A stretch of DNA of 64,000 bases, taken from Gemmatimonadales bacterium (GTDB taxonomy: Bacteria; Gemmatimonadota; Gemmatimonadetes; Gemmatimonadales; GWC2-71-9). Of this stretch, positions 39,555 to 47,464 are shown piece by piece. The stretch is taken from NCBI GenBank assembly GCA_036262935.1, contig DATAHW010000083.1, positions 9,703-73,702 on the forward strand, written 5' to 3'. Numbering within the stretch: the stretch's first letter is position 1; each line of letters begins with the position of its first letter. The position numbers and the translations under genes were made by a program. A model generated the notes under the pieces. It was not told the origin of the DNA, made no database searches, and was given only the letters and a program-made list of their open reading frames with translations.

Positions 39555-40454
39555 CTAGGCCGGGCCACGCTGGAGCTGGTCCAGGAGACGCTCTCCGAGC
39601 TCCTGCCGGCGCACGAGGACGTGTCGCAGATCGTGCTGCTCGGTCCGTGCGATCTCGCGCTGGAGCTCGGGCAGATAGGCCTCGAGGAGCTCGCGGAGCG
39701 TGACGGTCTCCCGGTCGTCGAGTACGAGCTGCATGGATCGATCTCCTGTTCTGGGGGTGCTGGGTGATGGATGCTCAGCGAGCCGGTCCCGGCGAAACCC
39801 CTCCTTCGCGAGGCGGTACCGCCAGTCGGCGGCGAGCGCGGGACAGTTGAGCAGGACGATCGCCTCGCGCGGCTCGCGCTCGCGGTTGGCCATGGCCGCC
39901 GCGGCCCGGCGCACCGTCAGCTCGGGATGGCTGCGAGCCGCGAGCACGACCGGCGCGCCCACCTCGAGCGCCCCCGGCGTCAGCACCCGCAGGTACCAGC
40001 CGGACCGGCCGGTGGCGCGGATGCGCCGCATCAGGTCGTCTCGCCGGTTGTGCCACGCCACGCGGTTGCAGGGGCTCCGGGGCTTGCTGACCTCGAGGAG
40101 CGCGTCGCCGATCGCCCACTGGTCTCCGAGGCACACGCTCTCCTCATCCGCACCCGCGACGGTCAGGTTCTCGCCGAAGCTGCCGATCGGCACCTCGGCC
40201 CGGCCCCACTCCGCGCACCAGCGGGGGTAGTGGCTCGCCGCATAGGCCAGCACCGCCTGTTCCGGTCCGCCGTGGGCTCGATGGTCGGCGACCTCGTCAC
40301 CCGCCAGTCCGTGTCTGTCGAGCCAGACCGGTCCGGCCACCGGCTCCTTCCCGATGGCGCTCGTGAAGACCTCGTGCGCGGGATCCTCGGCGCCGGGAAT
40401 CACGTAGGTCTTCGGCCGGCCGACCCGCAGGGAGACGATCCGCAGGTCGGCCAC
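39555..40454 (-). CDS. MOSC domain protein (YiiM-like) with extra 59-aa C-terminal helical module
   Basis: 299 aa. MOSC core GENLTV...LEVSKPRSPCNRV plus a 3-alpha-like region, then a Pro/Ser linker and MQLVLDDRETVTLRELLEAYL... Confidence 0.85.
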   Translation of the reverse strand: MADLRIVSLRVGRPKTYVIPGAEDPAHEVFTSAIGKEPVAGPVWLDRHGLAGDEVADHRAHGGPEQAVLAYAASHYPRWCAEWGRAEVPIGSFGENLTVAGADEESVCLGDQWAIGDALLEVSKPRSPCNRVAWHNRRDDLMRRIRATGRSGWYLRVLTPGALEVGAPVVLAARSHPELTVRRAAAAMANREREPREAIVLLNCPALAADWRYRLAKEGFRRDRLAEHPSPSTPRTGDRSMQLVLDDRETVTLRELLEAYLPELQREIARTEQHDLRHVLVRRQELGERLLDQLQRGPA

Positions 40455-40457
40455 GGG

Positions 40458-40691
40458 TCAGGCGTGGTCCGCGACGGCGGTGACACCCTCGTGCCGCGCG
40501 CAGTGCGCGCAACAGTAGAAGGTATTGTTGGCCTCGATCCCGTGCCCCAGGATCCTGCAGCCGCAATGGGCGCAAATGGGCGCGAGCCGGTGGATGGCGC
40601 ACTCGAAGCTGTCGAACGTATGCGTCTGGCCCGCCGCGACGACCTGAAAAGACAGATAGTAGTCGTTGCCGCAGACTTCACACTGAGCCAT
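40458..40691 (-). CDS. small Cys-rich (probable metal-binding) protein
   Basis: 77 aa from ATG 40691. 9 Cys in CxxC, CAHCGC and YCCAHC clusters. Confidence 0.65.
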   Translation of the reverse strand: MAQCEVCGNDYYLSFQVVAAGQTHTFDSFECAIHRLAPICAHCGCRILGHGIEANNTFYCCAHCARHEGVTAVADHA

Positions 40692-40774
40692 GAGACCCTC
40701 CTCGGTGCCGGGCAGCCCCGCGCCGCCCCTCCTGGAAGAGTGAACCAGCCGAAGCGCGCGCGCCAGCCATCGGC

Positions 40775-40981
40775 CTATGCGTCCGGCTCGCGAACCACTC
40801 CGGGCACCTGGCGGAGATCGAGATCCCGCATGGCCCCCACGGCAACTTCCCAGGCGCCCTCGCAGCAGAGCCCCCGGAGCGCGGCGTCCTCGTAGGCTTC
40901 GAGCGCGGCTTGGAGAAGCGTGGTCCGCACCCGCTCGGCCACGCGGCCACGCTCGTGCTCGTCCCACGGGGGCTTGGTCAT
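40775..40981 (-). CDS. small hypothetical protein
   Basis: 68 aa from ATG 40981 (ATGA overlap with the DUF488 stop). Confidence 0.5.
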   Translation of the reverse strand: MTKPPWDEHERGRVAERVRTTLLQAALEAYEDAALRGLCCEGAWEVAVGAMRDLDLRQVPGVVREPDA

Positions 40982-41511
40982 GGATTCCTGTCCGGCTCGG
41001 GCGTCGCCGAGGCATAGCTCAGGCGGCCCCGGCGGATCGAGGCTGCCGAAGTGTAGGGGTGCAGCGCGGTAGTCCCCGGTCCCAGGATATGCCAGACGTC
41101 GCCCCCACTCCACCGGAGGACATCGGCGATGAGGCCGCGGTGGCAACGCCACCAGAGCGCCTCCGCGCACATGATCGCGGTCCGGAGCCCGAAGGCCATG
41201 CTTACCAGTTCGGTGAGGCCGTCGGCAAAGGGCTCCGTCAGCAGGTAGTCAGCGTAGCCGCGAAAGCCGGCGTTGCGCCAGGCGGTGCTGGCGGAATCGG
41301 GCGCGGGGCGGCGGCGCCCGCCGAGCTCCGGGAGCCACCGGTACGCCAGCCCGTGCACGTCGAGGGCCGCGGCGAGCCGGTCGCGCCCGAATTGCGGCAG
41401 CCGGCGCGACCCGGGGTAGCGCCGCACATCGGCCACCGCCTCGATCTCGTGCTCGGCCAGCAGCGCGAGAAACTCGGCCTCGGTACGGGTCGAATGCCCG
41501 ATGGTCCACAC
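40978..41511 (-). CDS. DUF488 family protein
   Basis: 177 aa. MWTIGHSTRT..EFLALL...VADVRRYPGSRRLPQF...MCAEALWWRCHR. Confidence 0.85.
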   Translation of the reverse strand: MWTIGHSTRTEAEFLALLAEHEIEAVADVRRYPGSRRLPQFGRDRLAAALDVHGLAYRWLPELGGRRRPAPDSASTAWRNAGFRGYADYLLTEPFADGLTELVSMAFGLRTAIMCAEALWWRCHRGLIADVLRWSGGDVWHILGPGTTALHPYTSAASIRRGRLSYASATPEPDRNP

Positions 41512-41555
41512 GCGAAGCCCTGCCAGCGGCTCGACGGGCCCCCGGACGCTCCCGC

Positions 41556-41885
41556 TCAGAAGGTCGTCGTCTCCTCGTCCGCGATCAGGAAGACGGGCGG
41601 TCCCCCGCTGGAGATCGAGATGGCGTGAGCCACCGCGCGTCCCGCCGGCTCGCCCGAAGCCGCCGCCTGCAGCGCCTGCAATGAGGGGAAGTGCAGCTCG
41701 GCAATCCGGGAGTACGGCGCCGGACCGCCGTCGGCCGTGCCCGTGATTCTCGACGCGACGAACTTGGTCATGCCCTTGAAGTTCGCCGGCGTCACCATGG
41801 GAGAGTGCTCTTCGCGATACAAGCGTTCGAACGTCGCCGGGTCGCGCGGCGTCGGGTAGAGGACGACCAGCTTCGCTCCTGGCAT
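41556..41885 (-). CDS. EthD family reductase-like protein
   Basis: 109 aa. KLVVLYPTPRDPATFERLYREEH. Confidence 0.75.
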   Translation of the reverse strand: MPGAKLVVLYPTPRDPATFERLYREEHSPMVTPANFKGMTKFVASRITGTADGGPAPYSRIAELHFPSLQALQAAASGEPAGRAVAHAISISSGGPPVFLIADEETTTF

Positions 41886-41922
41886 AACACCTCCGTCGTG
41901 GGGATGAGGACGATCTCGCCGA

Positions 41923-42495
41923 TCAGCGGCGCCGCGTCACGAAGCGTCGCAGCGCTCCGAACGCCTCCGCCAGATCGGCGAGCTGGTGGTTCGCATTCAG
42001 TCCGCTGGGATTGGGCAGCACCCAGAGAGCCGCCGGGCCCAGCGACTCGGGCTGCCGGCCCACCACCGCGCCGGCCCGGCCGAACGCGGAGCGATAGGCG
42101 CCGATGCCCAGGACGGACACGCACGCCGGCCGATAGCGGCGCACCTTGCGCGCCAGCCGCGCGCGGCCGGCGCGCAGCTCGTGCGGACTCAGCTCGGCGG
42201 CAGTAGCCGTGGCGCGGGCGACGAGATTGGTGATGCCGAGGGCGCGCTCGAGCAGGCGGCGCTCCTCCCACGGCTGGAGCACGCGATCGGTGAAGCCGCT
42301 CGCATGCAGCGCCGGCCAGAACCGGTTCCCCGGCCGGGCGAAGTGGTGACCCGTCGCGCCGGAGTAAAGCCCCGGGTTGATTCCGCAGAAGAGCACGGCG
42401 AGTCCCGGGGCAATGAGATCCGGCACCGTTCGATTGGCGGCGGCCGCGACCTCCGCCCGGCTCGGCCGCCTGCCCTGACCGATGCCGGACCGCAC
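41923..42495 (-). CDS. mug: G/U mismatch-specific DNA glycosylase
   Basis: 190 aa with a GTG start. LFCGINPGLYS, HHFARPGNRFW and VLPNPSGLNA, as in E. coli Mug. Confidence 0.9.
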   Translation of the reverse strand: MRSGIGQGRRPSRAEVAAAANRTVPDLIAPGLAVLFCGINPGLYSGATGHHFARPGNRFWPALHASGFTDRVLQPWEERRLLERALGITNLVARATATAAELSPHELRAGRARLARKVRRYRPACVSVLGIGAYRSAFGRAGAVVGRQPESLGPAALWVLPNPSGLNANHQLADLAEAFGALRRFVTRRR

Positions 42496-43412
42496 TAGAA
42501 CCGCGCGGGAAACAGCGCGCTGCTCCCGTCCATGTCACCGGTATCGGCGTAGCACAGCGGCCTCGCGTCCGGATCGAGGATCTGCCCGCCGAGCACGCGG
42601 CCCAGCACCAGCTCATGATCTCCGCTCTGCATGCGGCCGGCGGGTGCGCACTCGAGCCAGGCGAGCGCATCCTCCAGCATCGGCGCGCCGGTGCGGCCCG
42701 GGCGCCAGCGGACCCCTGCGAGCTTGTCCTGCTCCCGGCCGGAGTGGGTGCCGAACCGCCGAGCCAGGTCGAGCTGACCCTGCTTCAGCACGCTGACGGC
42801 GAAGCCCTCGCCCTCGGACAGGAGTCGATAGGACGCATTCTGCGGGTTGACGCTCAGTGCCACCAGCAGGGGATCGAACGATACCTGCATGAGCCACGCG
42901 GCGGTAAAGCCGTCGCGCTGTCCGCCGTGGGCGACGCCGACGACGTGCACGCCGACGGTCAAGCGGCCGAAGAGCGCCGCGATCGCGCCGCCGGTGTCCG
43001 TTTGCTCCGGTGCCCCGTGGCCGGGACGACTCACGGGCTGGAACAGCTCGATCGGATTGCCGGCGGGATCCTCCAGCAGGATCTGGCTCCCGCCGACGCC
43101 GGTCACGATGTCGTTGCGGAAGTGGGCGCCTGCCTTCCGCAGGGTCTCCACCTCACCGGCGAGATCGCCCACCTCGAGCTGAATGCGATTCCATCCACCG
43201 GGCTCGGGTCTCCGGCCATCGGGCATCGGCTGGGCACCGCCGCCCTGCCCGACCGGCGCGCTGAGGAGAAGCCGCAACGCTCCGCGCGAGAGCATCGCGA
43301 ACGGCGGCGCCGGATGCATGTCGAGATGGAAGCCGAGGTGGCGAGTGTAGAACTCGATCGCGGAGTCCACGTCGTCCACGATGTAGCGGACGCTCGAGCC
43401 GGCCATGGTCAT
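42495..43412 (-). CDS. fusion protein: VOC (glyoxalase/bleomycin-resistance fold) domain + flavin reductase-like domain
   Basis: Last 305 codons of track ORF 42495..43985, from ATG 43412 (ATGA overlap). The N-terminal half (RYIVDDVDSAIEFYTRHLGF...ILLEDPAGNPIELFQ) is VOC-like. The C-terminal half (VVGVAHGGQRDGFTAAWLMQVSFDPLLVALSV...) is flavin-reductase-like. Confidence 0.8.
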   Translation of the reverse strand: MTMAGSSVRYIVDDVDSAIEFYTRHLGFHLDMHPAPPFAMLSRGALRLLLSAPVGQGGGAQPMPDGRRPEPGGWNRIQLEVGDLAGEVETLRKAGAHFRNDIVTGVGGSQILLEDPAGNPIELFQPVSRPGHGAPEQTDTGGAIAALFGRLTVGVHVVGVAHGGQRDGFTAAWLMQVSFDPLLVALSVNPQNASYRLLSEGEGFAVSVLKQGQLDLARRFGTHSGREQDKLAGVRWRPGRTGAPMLEDALAWLECAPAGRMQSGDHELVLGRVLGGQILDPDARPLCYADTGDMDGSSALFPARF

Positions 43413-43876
43413 GTGCCCGGCACCCCCATGTCGGCCCAGATCCTCCAGCCGCCGTCCGCCTGCCGCTTCCAGAGCGTCACGTACCGGCCGCCGATGCGCT
43501 GTTCGGCCTTGCCCTTCGGGTGGAAGGCGTACGACCACGCTCCGGTCTCGTAGGCGACGTCGTCCACCAGCCAGACTTCGGCGGTCTCGATGCCCACCCG
43601 CACCGCACCGACCTCGGCGAGAAAGCGTGCGACATCGCTCGCGATCGCCTCGCGGCCCCGGATCACCTTGCCGCCCTCGTTCAGCCGCGCGCCGCCCGCA
43701 TCGTAGACTCTGGCCAGCGCCTCGGCGTCGGATGCCAGAAACGCAGCCTTGTACGCGACGTTGCCGGCTTCGATGGCCTTCCGGGCGGCGGCGAGCTCGG
43801 CGGGCGGAGCCGTCTGCCCGGCCAGAGGGGGAGCGCACGCGAGGAGCAGCAGGAGCGTTCGGTACATGAGATTCAT
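43409..43876 (-). CDS. secreted SnoaL-like / DUF4440 (NTF2 fold) protein
   Basis: Start set to ATG 43876 (MNLMYRTLLLLLACAPPLAGQ signal peptide). ...YVTLWKRQADGGWRIWADM. Confidence 0.75.
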   Translation of the reverse strand: MNLMYRTLLLLLACAPPLAGQTAPPAELAAARKAIEAGNVAYKAAFLASDAEALARVYDAGGARLNEGGKVIRGREAIASDVARFLAEVGAVRVGIETAEVWLVDDVAYETGAWSYAFHPKGKAEQRIGGRYVTLWKRQADGGWRIWADMGVPGT

Positions 43877-44015
43877 CGTTCGGCCCTCGCTGGATGGCCC
43901 GGACGGGGCGATTCGTGCCTGGCGCCGGCGCATGCGGGCCGGCCGTGGACCTCCCCAGGGACGCCGCAAGCCGTATCGGCTTCACAAGTCTCCGAGGGAA
44001 TTCCGGCCCGGGGCA

Positions 44016-44630
44016 TCAGGTGGCGCCCTCCCCCAGTTTCACCTCGGCCCCATCAGGGAGGCCGTGGAGCCGGCGCGCCAGTTGGGCGAGCAATCGGCGC
44101 TGCTCGAGCGCGTCGACCGCCCGGAGCTCGCGAGTCGAGCCCTCCGCCTGGAGCACGAATGGCGGGAACGCCGCCAGCAACTGCCCGGGCCGGAGCTCGC
44201 CCCCAGCCTGGCGAAAAGTCAACAGAGGCTGATAGTCGAGCACCCGCTCGGGGTCGGCCGCAAGGGCCGTGAAGAACCCATCGAGTGACTCGGCGGCGTC
44301 GCTGATCTCGCCCAGCTCGCCATGCAGGCGAACGACGGCGCGTTCGCGCACGAGAAACTGGTCGCCGAACGCATCCTCCGCGAACGGCACATCCGAGGGC
44401 TGCACCTCCGCGAAGAGGTGGTGCAGCGCATCGGCCCCGTGCCACGCGTGACGAAGGGAGTGCCAGGCCGGGCCACGACAGGCGCCGCGCACGTGGAGAC
44501 CACCCAGGTAGGCGACACAGCCGTTCCGGCCACGGAGCGCGTCCGCGAGTCCGGCGGGGAGCTGCGCCAGGACTTCCGGGTCATCGAGTGCCGGTCCACT
44601 GTACAGCAGGTGGGGCAGATCGAGGTGCAT
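44016..44630 (-). CDS. SMI1/KNR4 (SUKH)-like protein
   Basis: Last 204 codons of track ORF 44016..45170, from ATG 44630. The motif region LPAGLADALRGRNG...VPFAEDAFGDQFLV is SUKH-like. This is a family call from memory. Confidence 0.55.
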   Translation of the reverse strand: MHLDLPHLLYSGPALDDPEVLAQLPAGLADALRGRNGCVAYLGGLHVRGACRGPAWHSLRHAWHGADALHHLFAEVQPSDVPFAEDAFGDQFLVRERAVVRLHGELGEISDAAESLDGFFTALAADPERVLDYQPLLTFRQAGGELRPGQLLAAFPPFVLQAEGSTRELRAVDALEQRRLLAQLARRLHGLPDGAEVKLGEGAT

Positions 44631-45157
44631 TCCCTGAGCTTTCGGGTCGGGGCAGGTCGTCACCCGCCACCGTCGCGGCACCCGGGGGTGGCGGCCACGT
44701 TGCCGCGGGTGCGATTTGATGCTCGGTTGACGGTCCATCTCCAGGTTCAAGTGCCAGCGTGATCGGTCACGGTCGGCCGCACCGTTGCCCGACACACGCA
44801 ACGCAATCCGTCCCACCTCCAGCCCAGCTCCTCTCCTTCGCACGGACGCCCACGTGCCCGACGGCGATGCGCCGGCCGACCGTACCTTCCGCATCCGGCT
44901 CGCCAACCGGCTCACGGAGTTGCGCCTCGCGATCGACCTCGGCGAGATCAGAACCCGAGCGGCGTTCAAGGCGGCGCTCGAGCGCGACGGCAGCTTCACG
45001 GCGGGTGATCCACGCGTCCTGAAGGCATGCCGCGAGGCTGGCCTCACGGCATGGCTCCGCGGGCCCGGCTTTCCGTAAACGAAATGAACCTCAGGCGAAA
45101 GCACCAGCCTGGCCGTGCCCTGGTTCTCCGCCATTTCTCCGCCATTAGATTGCACCC

Positions 45158-45679
45158 ATGAGTTCCCCACCCGAGGCGTGGCTTCGCGGTCCGCTGCCCG
45201 ACATCCCGCTCGCGCTCATGCCGGCCGCGCACGCGCTGGTCCAGGCCCGCGAGGACATCACCGACGCTACCGCGGGCGCGGACGAGTCCGACCTCTGGGT
45301 CCGCCCCGGCGGCGCCGCGTCGGCGGGATTCCACCTTCGGCACCTGGCCGGGAGCCTCGACCGGCTGCTCGCGTACGCGCGCGGCGAGCGGCTCACCCCG
45401 GATCAGCTCGCCGCGCTCCGCCGAGAGGGTGAGGCGGGAGAGGAGACGATCGGCGAGCTCACCGCCGAGGCAACGGCTGCGATCGGTCGCGCGCTCGACC
45501 AGCTCCGCCGGACCCCGGCCACGGCGCTCGGTGAGAGCCGCCCCGTCGGCCGGGCAGCGCTGCCGGCCACCGTCATCGGCCTCCTGGCGCACGCCGCCGA
45601 GCACACGTCGCGGCACACGGGACAGCTCATCACCACGCTGAAAGTAGTCCGTGGTCTCCGCGCTATTCCGTCACCCTGA
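45158..45679 (+). CDS. DinB family protein
   Basis: 173 aa. GFHLRHLAGSLDRLL ... LLAHAAEHTSRHTGQL. Confidence 0.8.
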   Translation: MSSPPEAWLRGPLPDIPLALMPAAHALVQAREDITDATAGADESDLWVRPGGAASAGFHLRHLAGSLDRLLAYARGERLTPDQLAALRREGEAGEETIGELTAEATAAIGRALDQLRRTPATALGESRPVGRAALPATVIGLLAHAAEHTSRHTGQLITTLKVVRGLRAIPSP

Positions 45680-45692
45680 GCGCGGACGCACG

Positions 45693-46205
45693 ATGCCCGG
45701 CGAAGCTCTTGCCATCTACCTGAACGACCACCTCGCCGGCTCGGTTGCTGCGCTCGAGCTGATCGATGGTCTGCTGGCCCACGAGGAAGGCCGGCCACTC
45801 GAGCGGACCCTCATCGGGCTCCGGCAGGAAATCACGCAGGACCAGGAGACCCTCAGCGGGATCCTGAGCCAGCTCGACGCGGACGAAAGCGCGCTCAAGC
45901 GCGCGGCGGCATGGCTTGCCGAGAAGGCGGGCCGGGCGAAACTGTCCCTCGCCGCCAGAGAACACCCGGCGCTGGCGCGACTCGAAGGGCTGGAGTCGCT
46001 CGCGCTGGGCATCCAGGGGAAGGCCGGGCTCTGGCGCGCGCTGGCGGAGGTGGCCACGCACGATGCGCGGCTCGGCGGACACCAGTTCGGCACGCTCGAG
46101 ATCCGCGCGGTGGCGCAGCACGCCATCGTGGAGCGCGAGCGCATCGCGGCGGCGCGCGAGGCGCTGGTGCAGCGGAGCGGGCCGGGCGAGGCGTTTCCAG
46201 GGTGA
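45693..46205 (+). CDS. all-helical hypothetical protein (N-terminal YLNDHLAG motif)
   Basis: 170 aa from ATG 45693. No family name recalled. Confidence 0.6.
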   Translation: MPGEALAIYLNDHLAGSVAALELIDGLLAHEEGRPLERTLIGLRQEITQDQETLSGILSQLDADESALKRAAAWLAEKAGRAKLSLAAREHPALARLEGLESLALGIQGKAGLWRALAEVATHDARLGGHQFGTLEIRAVAQHAIVERERIAAAREALVQRSGPGEAFPG

Positions 46206-46825
46206 CCGCTGCTTCGATTCGCGGTCGGCTCACCACGGCGGTGCTGGCCGGACTGCTGAGTCTGCCGGCCACCGCCGGCGCGCAGACCGCCGCCGACTCG
46301 GCGGCGAGCGCGGCCACCGGCGTCTACCCCGCCCCGCCTGTCGCTCCGGACACCGGCCGGTCTGCCGGCGATACCGCGCGCGCCCAATCACCGGCCCCGA
46401 GCGGTCCGCTCGTCGTGAACGTCGCGCCGCCCGACACGATCCTTATCGCCGCGTGTGCCGGCGCGCCGCCGGGCTCCATGGCCGAGGGCATCCTCGCCGT
46501 CGTGTTCCGGAACGGGAGCACGGACCGCGAAAAAGCCGCGGCGGCGAAGCTGGTCGGTGGCGTGCTGGCCGGCCCGGCCCCCGGAACCGGCGAGGAGTAC
46601 GTGAGGCTGACCGCCGATGCTCCTCCCGCGACGGTCGCGGCGGACCGACTGATCCTCCAGGACGCGGTGACGCGGGTCTCGCCGGCTCCTTGCCCGCCAC
46701 CCGCGGCCCCGGCCGCGGAGCCGCCGGGACCTGCTCCCGGGGCCACTCCGGCACCCACGGTGGCTCCCGCCGGCCGTGACACAGCCGCGCCCGGCGGATC
46801 GGCCGCGCCCGACTCCGCGCGCTAG
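46202..46825 (+). CDS. secreted Ala/Pro-rich protein
   Basis: Start set to GTG 46202 (GTGA overlap). Signal peptide TTAVLAGLLSLPATAGAQ. Pro/Ala-rich ends. Confidence 0.55.
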   Translation: MTAASIRGRLTTAVLAGLLSLPATAGAQTAADSAASAATGVYPAPPVAPDTGRSAGDTARAQSPAPSGPLVVNVAPPDTILIAACAGAPPGSMAEGILAVVFRNGSTDREKAAAAKLVGGVLAGPAPGTGEEYVRLTADAPPATVAADRLILQDAVTRVSPAPCPPPAAPAAEPPGPAPGATPAPTVAPAGRDTAAPGGSAAPDSAR

Positions 46826-47268
46826 GACGGCGGTCGCTCGAACTCTTCGGGTATCTCGACAACGTCACGGGAGGAGCGCCGCCGGTCGAGCGCCTGCTGC
46901 ACCTTGGCGAGCAGCTCGTCGTGGGTGAACGGCTTGGCGAGAAACCGCACGTCGGGATTCCGAAGCCCGTGCTGGATGAGGACCTCCGCGGGGTGGGCGG
47001 ACATGTAGAGCAGGCGGAGCGAAGGCCAGTGCGCGATGATCTCCTGGCCGAGCTCGACACCGTCCACCACGGGCATCACCACGTCGAGGATCACCAGATT
47101 CACGTAGCGATACGCCATGTCGAGCACCGACATCGCCTCCTCGGCGCTCGCCGCCTCGAAGACGCGATAGCCCTCGCCGCTGAGAATGCGGTAGGCGATG
47201 CGCCGCGTGACGCGCTCGTCGTCCACGACGAGAATGGTGGTACCGGGGCCGGGAAACGGGATAGCCAC
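46822..47268 (-). CDS. stand-alone response regulator receiver domain protein
   Basis: 148 aa. ILVVDDE, LVILDVVMP (phospho-Asp) and LAKPF (Lys). Confidence 0.9.
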   Translation of the reverse strand: MAIPFPGPGTTILVVDDERVTRRIAYRILSGEGYRVFEAASAEEAMSVLDMAYRYVNLVILDVVMPVVDGVELGQEIIAHWPSLRLLYMSAHPAEVLIQHGLRNPDVRFLAKPFTHDELLAKVQQALDRRRSSRDVVEIPEEFERPPS

Positions 47269-47362
47269 GTCCGATGCCTCGCGGGTGATCGTGCGGGGAA
47301 GCAGGGGGTCTGAGTGAAAAGTTAGGCCGGCGAGGACTCACGATGGGTGAGGCGGGTCACAA

Positions 47363-47447
47363 TACCCGGGGTGGGATTCGAACCCACACGGGACGAGGTC
47401 CCTGGAGATTTTAAGTCTTCAGCGTCTACCAGTTTCGCCACCCGGGC
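47363..47447 (-). tRNA. tRNA-Leu (anticodon UAA)
   Basis: Manual cloverleaf. Acceptor GCCCGGG/CCCGGGT (one G.U pair). Anticodon loop CTTAAAA. Long variable arm GGGAC-CTC-GTCCC. T arm GTGGG-TTCGAAT-CCCAC. Discriminator A. No encoded CCA. One A.C mismatch in the anticodon stem. Confidence 0.88.
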
Positions 47448-47464
47448 GGGACGGCTCCCGGAAT

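Noticed and set aside
46822-47447. A genomic island integrated at tRNA-Leu(UAA), given the accessory-looking block to its 3' side.
   Set aside because: - The window contains no integrase, excisionase or transposase.
- I could not find a second copy of the tRNA 3' segment.
- GC content and codon style of the block look native.
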